The notes: generated by a model not told the origin, from the letters alone. A DNA stretch of 64,000 bases from Octopus vulgaris (GCA_951406725.2 OX597814.1:88784001-88848000), one strand, 5' to 3'. Counted from the first letter of the stretch, positions 1 through 12,769 are shown. Made by a program: numbers and translations.

Positions 1-1915
1 CCCTTCAGTGAACGTCCTTCCTTATATCCGCCCACTATTTCGGGGAAAAATTATTCGGGCTCACCAAACTCAATGGAGACCTGCGCCCCATTGCGGTCGG
101 CTGCACCCTTCGCCGTCTCACTTTATTATTATTAGAGGAGGGATGAATTTCCCCCACTCAGCTAGGTGTAGGCACCAAATTTGGATGTGAAGTTGCTGCC
201 CACGCTACCAGAGCCTATTCCAACTTGCCCTCCTTGTCACCGAAGGTCATCTTCAAACTTGACCTAAAGAATGCCTTCAACTCCATCAGCGCGATGCTGT
301 CCTTAGCTCAGTAAGAGAGGAGGTCCCACAACTCTATCGTCTCTTTCGGTGACCAAATCATCACCTCCGTCTCAGGAGTCCAACAGAGCGACCCACTCAG
401 GCCCGCTCTGTTCGCACTGGGCATTGATGACATCACCAAAATGGGCGTCGAGCTACACCTCAACGTCAGGTATCTCGACGATGCTTGTTTGGAGGGTTCT
501 CCGGACAGGGTTTTCGGCATTACAAACATGATGGCTGGAGAGCTTGGTTGCAATTGCTGAAAAAATATTGAAGCTATCGAACCTCATCAAGGTTTCTTCA
601 TACTTAGGAATTACCTCTCGATCCCTAAGTTTCTATATTTACTCAGAGTCAGCTCATCTTACCGATTCCCATCGTGCCTCCAACGCTTCGACAACCTAAT
701 CTTTGAGAGACTCGAATGCTTAGTCAGTGTCAGACTCTCTCCAACGTCCCACGACCAGGTTGCATTGCCCAAGCGATTTTGAGGTCTTGGTCTTCGTAAG
801 TGTTCGTCCCTCTCTCTCTCTCCTGTTACCTTTCTTCCACCCACACCTGCTCCACCCTAGTGAGCAACATCCTCTCCTCTCCAACATAGACCAGTCCCAA
901 CAGGGAGATGGATGAAACTCTCCAACACTGGAGGAAATTGGGCTTGTCTGCTCCTGAGAAGGTGGAGGACTGTTGGTGTCAGATAGCTTGGGACAACATA
1001 ATTTCGAAGGCCACCTTTGACTTCCTCTTAATCCAGTCAGACAAGTTTTCAAGTGCCAAATACTCAGGTGACTAGAATGATGCTATCGCTGTGGCTAATG
1101 TTGGTGGCCTACTCAGCTTGGACGAACTTCGTGCCTCCATTGCCCTCAGAGTGGGAGCTGACGTATGTACAGGTTTGATCTGTCGTTATGGCAGGCTCCT
1201 CGACTTCACAGGCCTCTATGGCCTTACTTACCGCCTGAATGCTGGTCGCTTCACGCATCATACGGAGTTGAACCTGATACTCATGAGGAACCTGGCCCGA
1301 GCAAACATCCCCTCCATCTTGGAACCGTCTGGATTGTCCAGATGTGATGGGAAGAGACCTGGCGACCTCACACTGTGCCCCTGGTCGCAAGGCAGATGCT
1401 TTGTGTGGGATGTCATAGTTAGCAACTCTTTAGCTTCTTCTCACATCCTGGATGCTGTGGTCAGGGCGAGATCCACAGCTTCTGCGGCCGAATGGAGCAA
1501 AATCCTGAAATACCACGATCTGTCGGCCAGCTACATTTTCCATCCTTTGGCGTTCGAGACGTTTGGTGGGGTCGGACTATTAACTGCGAGATTCCTGTCT
1601 TCACTGGCAACTCGCCTTGCAGAGGTAACTGATGAGGCTCGTGAGGGCGCTTGTCTGTTCCAGAGCATCAGCCTCGCCATCACCCGCAGCAACGCTGTCA
1701 GCGTGCTGGCGTGTCTCAATAGCCATTAGAGAAGTTTCTCAGCGCCCCAACTTTTCAACCCAAGGTGACGAATTGTTTTAGTTTTTTTCTTTTTTCTCTT
1801 CTTTCTTTTTCTCTTTTTTAAAAGTTTTTTTTTTCAATTGTGTTCTCTGTTTTGTCCAGTTTTCTTGCTTGATTTTTTAAAAACGGTAAACACTGTGAAG
1901 GCAATAAAAGGAATA
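1..1915 (+). mobile_element. Decayed CRE-clade non-LTR retrotransposon (RT + restriction-like endonuclease), 5' part outside the window
   Basis: RT motifs are readable across frameshifts: NGDLRPIAVGCTLRRL (~72-119), QLGVG, KLDLKNAFNSI, GVQQSDPL and YLDD (471-482). The C-terminal ORF 1091-1729 has a decayed zinc knuckle and the REL-type motif DGKRPGDLTLCPWSQGRCFVWDV...PLAFETFGG. A T-rich 3' UTR ends in GGCAATAAAAGG. Confidence 0.88.
1091..1729 (+). pseudogene. Remnant ORF: zinc knuckle and REL endonuclease domain of the CRE-like element
   Basis: The 212 aa ORF from the track contains KRPGDLTLCPW..G...WDV and PLAFET.G. The upstream RT part is broken by stops and frameshifts. Confidence 0.8.
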
Positions 1916-1942
1916 TACATGCATGAAATTATCTCTTTAAAG

Positions 1943-2479
1943 CAGCGCATCTTAAACTTTTTTCATTCATGACTCCATTTTCATCACGAAATATTCACAA
2001 TCCCAGGTATTAGATATGAAATAAAACCTCAGGTATTAGATTTGAAATAAAACACAAATAAATACATAAATCATTTTAATTTTTTGCTGAACAATATACA
2101 TATAAAAAGCAGTTATATTATTTGTCAAAATAAAAGTAGCTTTAAGATTTGTTTCAAGTACAAACCAAAGTAAAAATCAATGTGACGGATATACTTGCTT
2201 TTTGCTGCATAACAAATTAAATCATGGTGTAAATTTTAACGCTGCTGAACGTAAAGCATCTTTTACGTTTTTCAGCGTCGAACGATATTTTGAGTTAAAG
2301 CTGAAAATGTCGTTTCACATAAGTATGTGGTGCTAATTGACAAAAGAACTTATATTGCCATTTCAAAAATAACATATAAACTAAAATTTGTGAAATAACA
2401 TATAAACTAGAATTCAAGTGTTTGAATTTAATTTTCGCGACCCCACTTGGGACCACAACACATAGTTTAAGAAGCACTG
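1943..2479. mobile_element. hAT (Charlie-like) MITE
   Basis: TIRs CAGCGCATCTTAAACT / AGTTTAAGAAGCACTG. 8-bp TSD CTTTAAAG (1935-1942) / CTTTAGAG (2480-2487). Confidence 0.8.
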
Positions 2480-2604
2480 CTTTAGAGCATCAGGCAACGT
2501 TTGTAAGTTTCTCTTTGCAAGGTTAGTTCTGGCGTTAGCGCTTAAACAGTGTAGAGAAAGAGACCCGCAACATTCAAGCAGTTTTAATAATGAGGAAAAC
2601 TAAA

Positions 2605-2812
2605 GGCGGTGAGCTTGGTAGAATCGTTAGCACGCCGGGGCAAAATGCCTAGCGACGTTTCGTCCGTCTTTACGTTTTGAGTTCAAATTCTGTCGAGGTC
2701 GACTTTGTCTTTCAGGGTCGATAAAATAAGTGCCAATTGAATACTGGGGTCGGGGTAATCGACTTACCTCTCCCCCGAATTTGCTGGCCTTGTGTCAAAA
2801 CTTGAAACCAAT
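2605..2812 (+). mobile_element. tRNA-derived SINE, family S1 (core GCCTTTCATCCTTTCGGGGTCGAT)
   Basis: Head GGCGGTGAGCTTGGTAGAATCGTTAG, B-box-like GAGTTCAAATTC. Many homologous copies occur across the window. Confidence 0.8.
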
Positions 2813-4062
2813 AATTGGGAAATCTTTTGTTTTGATATGAGTATATGGTATAAGTTTTTCTTTCTATTAGGAAAATAATTTGAATACATGTTGAGCAATA
2901 TTGATTTATTTTAATTTTCTTTTTAATTAGTTCAAGTTAAACAGAGTGGTGTATTGACGGTATTCATTTTGTATCGACAAAGAATAATCAAAAACTTTGA
3001 ACTTTCGTTTCTTTTTTGTAGTTTTAGTGGTCAAAAAACATACAAACGTTACGCAATTATTTTCTTTCTTACCAATAAATTTTAAATCTTGTGATTTCCT
3101 AAAAAAACAAATTTGGCTTTTTGACAAACGTGTTACATAAGCTCTGAATACCTATATAGTAAGAGAGGGTTGGAATGTATTGAGATGTTCATACTTCATC
3201 GATGAATTAGCGGCGTGAGAAACTGAAAACTGAAACAATATCAAAGATCTCGGGAACTTACTATCTAAACGATTATTTAGTAAATAAAGGTCTGTTTTTC
3301 TCAGACAGCAGGTGCAGTCTATTGGATGAACTTTCATATATTTATACTACTTAATCCCGTCCAGAAGGATGATACTTAGAGATTAAGCAAGATTCGAAAT
3401 CCGCTCATATGGCGAATGACGTGCAGTAGGCAGGTTTAGTCCGTAACTTGCACTTATTTCATTTGGTTTAGAAATTGCACAAACATCAAGGAATCTCATT
3501 TTGCTTCTAAAGTATTGTACAAATATAATATATTAAGTATTTCGAAATCATCTTTCTCTTCAGATACCAAGAATTGAATCACAAAAATAATTTCAATATT
3601 ACAGATATTGCTGCAGAATTAACGACTTTATTAAATTCATTTTACTAATGTTTAGAATAATCACAAAGCTACAAGCTGTGTTGCTAACGAAATATTGCAA
3701 TGATCCTCTACTGTTCTATTGTTTTTTACCAATCGATCACTCTAATATTGTGCAATTTTGATTTTATACATTGCCACAGAGCCATAAATTTATAGAGAAG
3801 ACGTATTTCATTAAATCGTTCTCAAAATAGTATTGTTAATTATTTTATCAACACTTAAGAAATAAAAGGCAAAACTGAGTCTGGTGGGATGTGAATCCCA
3901 CACACATAAATTCCACACGTACTTCGTCGTCTCTGCCACCTCTTAATTATTATATTATGCAATATTATTGCCACAAAAATAAATATCTTATTGAATTGAA
4001 ATACTATTGCATCTAATTTATCTTTTACTCTTTCCAAAGCTGGCAAATAAATACGAGTTATA

Positions 4063-4282
4063 TACGGGGGTGGTGGAAAAGTCCTTGCCTTTGGATTAAA
4101 GAAAATACAGTAGGATCAGTTAATTATGATTTTATTCAACATATTCCCCTCTCAGATTCACACGCTTATTGCAGCCGTCCTCCAGTTTTTCTAAACCGTA
4201 TAAAAAAAACTCGGCAAGTTGGACCTCTAGCTAAGCTTTTTGCGATACCCTTAAAGCAGAAACCTTTCAGAACCCGCTCATA
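4063..4282. mobile_element. Tc1/mariner-type MITE
   Basis: Imperfect TIRs (TACGGGGGTGGTGGAAAAGT / ACCTTTCAGAACCCGCTCATA) flanked by TA. A second copy lies at 57569-57827. Confidence 0.7.
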
Positions 4283-4589
4283 CTGGAATAAATTCATAAA
4301 TTTATAAACATATAAGAATTTATAAATATATAAACACATAAATATAAATACATAGATGTACTTGCGAGGTCCGAATGTCCATATTAAAATCAATGAGGAG
4401 AGTAGGTAAGAAAGTTAGTATGAGTCATGAGGAATCCTTAATAAGTACAAAATCTTACGGCCATTTCGAGAAGATATGGGTTGATATGGACGAGCTAACT
4501 CGCTGGGGTTAGCTCAAGTTATACATTAAATAACTATAGTCATGTAAGTGACTGGTGAAAGAAAATATAGGTTAATATCAAAAGTGGTC

Positions 4590-5000
4590 AAGCGACTGGC
4601 TAGTGGAATCGTTACGCACCGGGCAAAATGCTTAGCAGCATTTCGTCCCTCTTTACGTTCTGAGTTCAAATTCCGCTGGTGTCAGCTTTGCTTTTCATTC
4701 TTTCGAGGTGTATGAAATAAGCATCAGTTGAACACTGGGGTGGATGAATTCGACTTATTCCCTCCCCCGTAATTGCTGGCCTTTGGCCAAAATTTAGAAT
4801 CAATATTAAAAGCGGGAAAGATGCTTCGCGGCATTTCGTCCGTCCTTACGTCGGAGTTCAAATACCGCCGAAGTCGATTCTGCCCCTTCGCCATCCTTTC
4901 AGGGTCGATAAACTAAGTACCAGCTGAATACTGAGGTTGATGTAATCGACTTATCCCTCGCCCGAAATTGCTGGCTTAGTACCAAAATTTGAAATCAATA
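4590..5000 (+). mobile_element. Two tandem S1 SINE copies
   Basis: Each copy has GAGTTCAAAT and the TCATCCTTTC.GGGTCGAT-like core. Confidence 0.75.
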
Positions 5001-5002
5001 CT

Positions 5003-5214
5003 GTTTTCTACTCTAAGCAAAAGACTCGAAATTTTGGGGGAGGGGGCCAGTCGATTAGACCGACCCCAGTACGCAACTGGTACTTAATTTATTGACCCCG
5101 AAAAGAAGAAAAGCAAAGTCGACCGCGACGGAATTTAAACTCAAAACGTAAAGATAGACGAAATACCGCTAAACGTTTCACCCGGCGTGCTAACGTTTTT
5201 GCCAGCTCGCCGCC
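5003..5214 (-). mobile_element. S1 SINE in inverted orientation, abutting the preceding copies
   Basis: Reverse complement of the S1 consensus, ending in GCCAGCTCGCCGCC. Confidence 0.8.
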
Positions 5215-5275
5215 TTAGAATTAGAAATAATATTAAAAGAAGTAAATACGAGAGCGGATATGTAAGTGCTACAGG

Positions 5276-5441
5276 TAGGGTCAGCGCAAGGTACCGGTAA
5301 CTCGGGCAGTCGTCCGGGTCGCCATGTGCAAGGGGGCACTAAGCAGGGTGTGGCAAAGAAAAGAAATTTTCTACGACCCTCAGCTTGTACACGCCGAAGT
5401 TCAGCTTGTCCGGGGCGCCAGCAGCCCTGGGGCTGGCCCTA
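5276..5441. mobile_element. Short GC-rich hAT-like MITE
   Basis: Imperfect TIRs TAGGGTCAGC / GCTGGCCCTA. The TSD is not convincing. Confidence 0.45.
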
Positions 5442-5819
5442 GTAACATTATAATGTTAGTGATATAAGAAAGGTACAGAGTTAATTTTCTCCTTAACTCA
5501 GCAGTGTCTGGGTTCGTGACGTTAAAAGAATTGCCTACATTATGTTTTGTATTATGGTTCAAGTTAAACAAGTGCAGAGGAAAATTTGGGTTGGTTGAAA
5601 GAAATAGAAAATAGATATTTATATCAATTGTAAATGAAAAAATATATGACTAATCAAAGAATATGACAATAAAGAATATATCTTGTAGGTGTTGGGTTTA
5701 AGAGGGCATTCTGACATGGTTCTTCTTTTGTGTACAGACTGTGTGAATTAAGGTAGAGAGTGTCAGGTTAGGTTGTTTTTTAATAGCTAAAGTAAAACAT
5801 ATTGACATTCACACAATGA

Positions 5820-5960
5820 TATATGTATGTGCGTCTGAGTATACGTACGTATGTATGTATGTATGTATCTATGTATACATATACGTAAATGTGTGTATAT
5901 ATATACTGCATGTGTACATGCACGTATATATATATATATATGTATGTATGTACATGTATA

Positions 5961-6008
<48 letters not shown>

Positions 6009-6252
6009 CATATATATATATATGTATGCATATATATGTATATATGCATGTATATATATATATATATGTATGCATATATGTATATATGTAGGTATAAATA
6101 TATATATATATATATACGTATACATATATATGTATATATATGTATGTATGTATATATATATGTATATATATGTATATATGTATGTATATATATATGTATA
6201 TATGCATGTATGTATACATATATAGGTATATATTTGTATGTATATATATATG

Positions 6253-6286
<34 letters not shown>

Positions 6287-6299
6287 CATGTATGTATGC

Positions 6300-6349
<50 letters not shown>

Positions 6350-6360
6350 TGTACATATAT
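5820..6360. repeat. Compound (TA)n/(TATG)n microsatellite
   Basis: Direct reading. It is the source of the spurious Y/I/M/C/V ORFs. Confidence 0.95.
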
Positions 6361-6895
6361 ACACATAAGAGGCATCCCAATTCCACTGGTAATATTTCTG
6401 ATTACCCTTTGATATTATTAATTATTGATAATTTTTTTCTGGATAATTTTCGAATTGAAAAGACGGCATTTCTATTTACTGCCGACAAGGAGCTGCGCTT
6501 GTGTGGTAGATTTGAAAAATTAGAATGCATAAGCACGGGCATATAGTGGATTGCCTCGTGTATATATATTTAATCTAAGGTGTACCTGCTGAAGAAGACT
6601 TCGCCTAGCAAATTATTTCATTTGCTAAAATAAGTCTGAAACCATTGGTCCAGGAATTACATGGTTAAATGTTTTTATTTTTCATTCCCTTCGAAATTTT
6701 ATCTCTAATAGTGGTTTGGAATTTAACTGTTCTCTCTAGCGTGCAAGGAGTCCTTATGATGGATGCCTCTTATGTATTTAAATGTACACTGTATTTATAT
6801 GAGTAATATATAGTCTATTGACTAAACTTTTACACGCTAGGCCACTGGTAATGGAAATTTCTAGTATTTCTGATTACCCTTTGATATAATTTATT
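6360..6895 (+). mobile_element. Penelope-like/retrozyme-like non-coding element with partial tandem structure and a hammerhead ribozyme
   Basis: The 3' end CCACTGGTAAT...TTTCTGATTACCCTTTGATAT occurs at ~6383-6416 and again at ~6842-6886. A short 5' inverted segment ACATAAGAGGCATCC pairs with GGATGCCTCTTATGT (~6761). It contains a hammerhead motif, is flanked by microsatellites, and has a relative at 62626-62890. Confidence 0.65.
6585..6654 (+). ncRNA. Minimal type I hammerhead ribozyme
   Basis: Stem I CCTG/CAGG; core CTGAAGA (6589-6595); stem II AGACTT/AAGTCT, extended by TAGCAAAT/ATTTGCTA; GAAA (6638-6641); stem III ACC-ATT-GGT. Predicted cleavage after GUC (6650). Confidence 0.8.
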
Positions 6896-7065
6896 ATGTA
6901 TGTATGTATGTATGTATGTATGTATATATATATATGTATCTCTCTAATAATTTATGTATAATTTGTATTATCTCCCTAGTTTTTTGTGCTAAGCCACTTG
7001 GTGTTAAATTAATGGTATTATTAAATTAATATCAATTTTTCACCCTCATTTATAAATATATATGC

Positions 7066-7120
<55 letters not shown>

Positions 7121-7125
<5 letters not shown>

Positions 7126-7390
7126 TATAGAAGAACCAGCATGTAGCAATTCGACAACGATATACTTAAATCATACCATATAGAAAAAAAATAAAGATAC
7201 GATAAAACATTTACCTAGAACTAAATAAAGTACGAAATAATAAATAAATAGTATATAATTAGTAACTAGAATTACTACATGGTGGTTCTTCTCTAATTTA
7301 TATACATATATTACATATTGTGAAATTTGATTTAGTATTATTAAATTGAATTTTTCCCTGTAAGTTTGGAATCATATTCCCTAATATTAT
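7121..7390 (+). mobile_element. Fold-back + tail element (family T1, Penelope-like remnant)
   Basis: Inverted arms 7121-7151 / 7269-7300, then the tail TTTTCCCTGTAAGTTTGGA...CCCTAATATT shared with the copies at 32745, 33299, 36029 and 39198. Inserted in (TA)n. Confidence 0.6.
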
Positions 7391-7863
7391 TATTATGTAT
7401 GTATATGTATGTATATATGTAAATGTATGTGTATATGTATATATATGTGTCTATATATATGTATATATAAGTATATATCTTTCTATATATAATAATGATA
7501 ATGTGTGTGTGTCCGTTTGAATCCCTAAAACTTGAGAACTACACAACCAATTTAATTCAAATTTTACACCTGCCTTACTTAGGGTCCGTGTAGTGTCATA
7601 GGTCAAAAGATTTTAAAACTTGTTCCCTAGTGCGATCCCAGAACAATATCATATCTCCTCCACTATTCCAGTATTACGTGTCAAAAATGAAACAATAACA
7701 TCTCTCTATTGTAATGTAGGATATTTTCACTTTAATACTGAAACTATTAAAGTGAAACTATTATCTCACATATATACAGGCTTACATACATATATACAGG
7801 CATCCATATATACAATATATATATATATATATATACACATCTGCACAAATGTTTATATATAGA

Positions 7864-7900
<37 letters not shown>

Positions 7901-7926
7901 CTGCACAAATGTTTATATATAGATGC

Positions 7927-7967
<41 letters not shown>

Positions 7968-7969
7968 TA

Positions 7970-8005
<36 letters not shown>

Positions 8006-8165
8006 TGTATATATATACATGTATATGTATACATGCATATGTATAGCTGTATATGTATAGATGTATATATATAGATATACATGTAACATGTACACATATA
8101 TATATACACATATATACATGCATACATATATGCAACCATACACATACACACGCATACACACACAT

Positions 8166-8228
<63 letters not shown>

Positions 8229-8232
<4 letters not shown>

Positions 8233-8478
8233 TGAAGAAATGGAGTTGAGCGAAGATTGAACAGAAATCGTTTTAAACGATTTCTGTTCAATCTTCGCTC
8301 AACTCCATTTCTTCAATTCACTAATAATATTAAAATTCAATTATCCGCACCAACGCACGGTTGCAACACCATATGGTTGTACCTCCAACCGTGCTGTCTT
8401 CTGCTGTGATTTTTGCTACCAAGGTATCGGTTAAACTTTTGATTAATCTGCCACAAGATTATTCATCTTTCTATTTCA

Positions 8479-8482
<4 letters not shown>
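8229..8482 (+). repeat. Perfect 45-bp-arm palindrome plus unique tail, within (TA)n
   Basis: 8229-8273 is the exact reverse complement of 8275-8319. A ~160-bp tail follows, then (TA)n. Confidence 0.85.
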
Positions 8483-8547
<65 letters not shown>

Positions 8548-8548
8548 G

Positions 8549-8870
8549 GTGCAGGTGTGGCTGTGTGGTAAGAAACTTGGTTCCAAAACACATGGTCCTG
8601 GGTCCAATCTGACTGTGTGGTAACTTGGCATGCGTCTTCTGCTATAGCCTCAGACCAACCAAAGCCTTGTCAGTGGATTTCGTAGACAGAAACTGAAAGA
8701 AATCAATCGTATATATATGTATGAATATATATGTAAGAGTATGTGTGTCTTTGTCACAGTGTTTCTCCCTCATCACTGCTTCACGACTGCTGTTCGTTTA
8801 TTTACATCCCCATAACTTACTGATTTAACAAGATAAAACTGATAGAATAAGTACCAGGCTTATCAAAAAA
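8549..8870 (+). mobile_element. tRNA-derived CORE-like SINE, family S2
   Basis: Head GGTGCAGGTGTGGCTGTGTGGTAAG. Homologous to 34074-34500, 35331-35720, 36900-37188 and 44612-45023. Confidence 0.75.
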
Positions 8871-8946
8871 AAAGCACTAGGCAGTGTCTCATATTTTTCT
8901 TTGCCCACCACTCAGTTGTATCTATCAATCTATCTTTTAGTGTGTG

Positions 8947-8998
<52 letters not shown>

Positions 8999-9049
8999 TA
9001 TTACACACACACACATATATATACATGTATGTATATGTGCAAATTCATA

Positions 9050-9969
9050 TCTATTATATAAAAGTCAATGTCTTTATGTGTGTTCGTATGTTCCTTATAC
9101 ATTCGAAAACTACTGCACTGATCCTAATGATATTTGGAACACAAAATCCGAGCCTAGGAAGAAGGGTAATGCTGTGTATTTCATACAATTTCATGGACCT
9201 AAATTACTGAATGGATCCTTATGATATTTGGAGCTTACATTCAATGCATAAGAACGGGTATAATGCAATATGCTTGGTTTGAACTTGAGATGGCTTAAAG
9301 CGAGGGCAGAACCCCCATGAAAATTCATAAATTTTCGATGTTGATAAAATTTCAACCATCAAGAAGTATTCTCAAAGTTTCCACTTCTCGTGAGGATTCT
9401 AAGATCTCCTAATGGGGGCCATAACTCCCAAATTTTAGCAATTTTTTATGATCCAAAACTTGGTCAAAAGTACTGAATTGATTTTTATGAAATTTGGAAA
9501 TTATATTCTATGCATAAGGGCCATAACCCCCATGAAAATTCATATATTTTTGCTGTTGATGAAATTTTAACCATAGATATTAGACACAAATGAAGTAATA
9601 TTTCTAAAATTTCATCTTCTTAGAAGTTCGAAAGATCCCTTCATGGGGACTTTCCCTATGATAGAACGATAGAGAATGATAGAAAGGTAGACAGACAGAC
9701 AGATAGACAGGCACATAGCTAGACAGACAGACACATTTTTTTTGGGGGGGGGGGGCGGTATCCCTGATGAGAGGGTGACATACCCAAACACCTAAGCTAG
9801 CATTTCTTTTCTGTGGTAAGAAACTTCGTCATAGGGCCCTATTGCCTGCAATATTAAAGAAGCAATGTAAACTTTACTTAAGTAATTGAATGAAATGCAG
9901 GTACCTGTACATTAGTGTAAATTATACTTGCTTATTAATACTGTACTGTACAAGGTACGAGTAAGCTAG
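9050..9969 (+). mobile_element. Non-autonomous Helitron
   Basis: 5' A|TCTATTATATAAAA, 3' short hairpin then CTAG|T. Internal subrepeats (ACCCCCATGAAAATTCAT x2). Confidence 0.6.
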
Positions 9970-11619
9970 TCTTGCGACCGCAGGATTTTCGTGTTCCTGA
10001 TTATAAGAGGTTACGGGCCATCAGTATCCGGAAAGCTGGTATTAGACCCACAATCACTTCGTGAATTTTGGCGGTTGAAAAAATGCTTCGTAGATTTTGG
10101 GATGCTGTTGGATATGAAAAGGATAGCTAAGCCAATTTATATTCACTCCTGCTCATTGAATTATTTTCCTGTACATGTTTAGTAAGAGATTCTAACTGAA
10201 ATTATATTGCAAATAAATATTGCTGTATTTTTTAAATATATTTCAACACACGAATACAAATGCGAACATACATCCACATAACTGAATAAACACACACACG
10301 CTCACACACACACACGCACACACACACACACACACGCTCACACACACACACGCACACACACACACACAACACACACGCACGCACACACACACACACACAT
10401 CTACTAACAGGTAATAACTAGTACACAACAAAGACAAGTGACGACATTCAACAGAACTGGATGTGGGTGCAGAGAAACTCTTCAAACGTTTGTCACGTTT
10501 AAAAATAGCTTACAAACATGCAATTGTAACTGTAATGCCACCCATCAACACAACAAGCCAAGCGGAACGAGGTTCATAGGTATGCGAACTTTTAAAGCAT
10601 CAATATCGTATGAAAAACTTTCCACATAAATGCATAGATGGAATTCATAGAGTAATGACAAAATAAAGACGGCGAATTAGCAAACTTATTAGAGCTTGAA
10701 CCAAAATTAGCCGCAGTATTTTTTCTGGCTCTTTACGTTCTGAGTTCAAATCACGCCGTGTCTAACTTTGTCTTTCATCCTCCTGGTCCGATACAATTAA
10801 GTACAAGTCAAGTATTGGGGTCGATGTAGTCGGCTGTTCCTCTCCTGCAAAATTTCAGGCTTTGAACTTTAATACAAATAAAAATTGTATTACTTTCTGT
10901 ATCACTTCTGTAGTAATGACAAAAGGAAGATTTGCAATATTTTTTCCTTTCTCTCTTTTTTTATGCTTTTGAGGAAAATAAAATCTTTTATTTCTTTGAA
11001 AACCTAAATAAATTAGTTTTTAGTTGAACCCCTGCTCGAGGACTTCCAGCTTATCATAGTAACAGTCGTTATTTAGTCCCAGTTTAGCCCTGGTTGAGAC
11101 GACCTATGATGAAAGGCATCCCAGATATGACCTCCCAGCCTTTTTAGGATTACATTATCTGGTGTGTATTTCATGTTGTAAGATGATTGGTGTAATTTGT
11201 GCAAGATTTGGTTACTATTTCTAGAGGATCGAATGACCACATATACACACAATCCTTGATTAAATAATGTTATACCATGCTATAGGGCCCCCAATACCTT
11301 AATGTGGCGGTGCTCATCCCACCCAAGATCTGACTATAGTCGATTTTTTCCAAAAGTTGAGACAATGAAAGACAAGCAAAGAAAGAAAGAGTTAGAGAAG
11401 AATTGGGACCAATACTGGTCTGATACTCTATTTATTGGCCCCGAATGAATGAAAGGTAAATTTAACCACGCTGGGATTTGAACACAGAGCGCAAAGATCC
11501 AGAATGATTGACTAAAAGTAATCTTTCCAACGCTCTTATAACTCTACCAGTTGGATGTGTTCACGTGTAAAGCAATGCTACTTGAAATTAAAAGGATATC
11601 AAACCGTGCGAAGTGTATT

Positions 11620-11925
11620 TTACGTAACGGAAAAGTTTCGTAGTCGGGAAGGATGTTCACATTCACAAAGACAGTTCAGCATTGGAACGATGGTATTCAC
11701 ATTGTAAATGATGCACTTCACAATTAGTAAAAAGGATGTTCATTGTTAGGAAAGACAATATTCTCCGCAAAGATCAGATTCACAATCAGAAAAGGGGAAG
11801 TTTGTAGTCAATAAAATGGAAGTTTACGGTAGGAAAAGAGGAAATCTACAGTCGGAAAAGAGGAAGGTCACAAATGAAATAGAGGAAGTTCACAGTCGGA
11901 AAAGATAAGGTTCACAATACAAAAA
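11620..11925 (+). repeat. Decayed ~22-bp minisatellite (GTTCACAGTCGGAAAAGAGGAA-like)
   Basis: Units such as ATCTACAGTCGGAAAAGAGGAA, GGTCACAAATGAAATAGAGGAA and GTTCACAGTCGGAAAAGATAAG. Confidence 0.7.
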
Positions 11926-12467
11926 GTTATTGCACTGGAACAAAATACATTTAAAAGCTGTATACAGTTGAGAACAAAATGCAGTAAAATATTCAGTAGT
12001 CCCACAATTAAAAACCCACCCTCTGAATGTCGTGAGCGACGTTGAGAAGTATCGTAAAATTGTCGTATATAAAATACTAAGTTATAGTAGGTTTTATTTA
12101 GAAGAAACTGGTGGAGTAAATACGAAATCTATCTACCGGGCTATAGTGTTTTAATTCATGTCTGAGTCTCAGCTCAAGAATATTAAAAGTTCCCTTCTAG
12201 AAAAAAGTTATCTCTAATCGGCTGACAAGTTAATGCCACTCGATATTTTCTACAAAACAGATACTACAATAATGTCCTAGCAACAGATAAGACAACTTGG
12301 ATTTTGGAAATACTTTTTGACTATTATTTATCAAGTTCAACTTTGCCCTTTATCCTTCCGATGCAGATAAAGTAAAGTACTGGCGAAATGCCGGGTGGAT
12401 GTAAACGATTAACCCCACTCACGTGAAATTTCAGACATTGTGCTTAAACTAGAAAAAAATATTATTA

Positions 12468-12769
12468 CTAACTGGCCCCGTGCCGTCAACAATGACGGTT
12501 AATTGTAGTATTTTATATATAAATAAGGAAAAAAGATAAAATATGAATTGTAAATCAAATTAATACACTTGTCAATGTTATCTAGTGGTGTATTTTGAGA
12601 AGTGACATTGATCATCGTTTGTTACTGAAAGAACGCTTGTTCACACATACGAACATTCACATACTTCCCTTGTACACGCACACACATACATATACTCACA
12701 CAGAGCTGAAACGCTGTTTGATTTTTCTTTTCGGTGTTGAATGTTCACCATCCCACTTCCATTGCACAC

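Noticed and set aside
5780-6412. Long ORFs rich in Y/I/H/T/M/C/V (also 7747-8291, 22084-24240, 28174-28830, 33613-33954 and others)
   Set aside because: They are translations of (TA)n/(TG)n/(TATG)n microsatellites, which lack stop codons. There is no protein-like complexity.
9760-9795. CTGATGA followed by a small hairpin, as a hammerhead candidate
   Set aside because: It has no GAAA and no stem I or III pairing.
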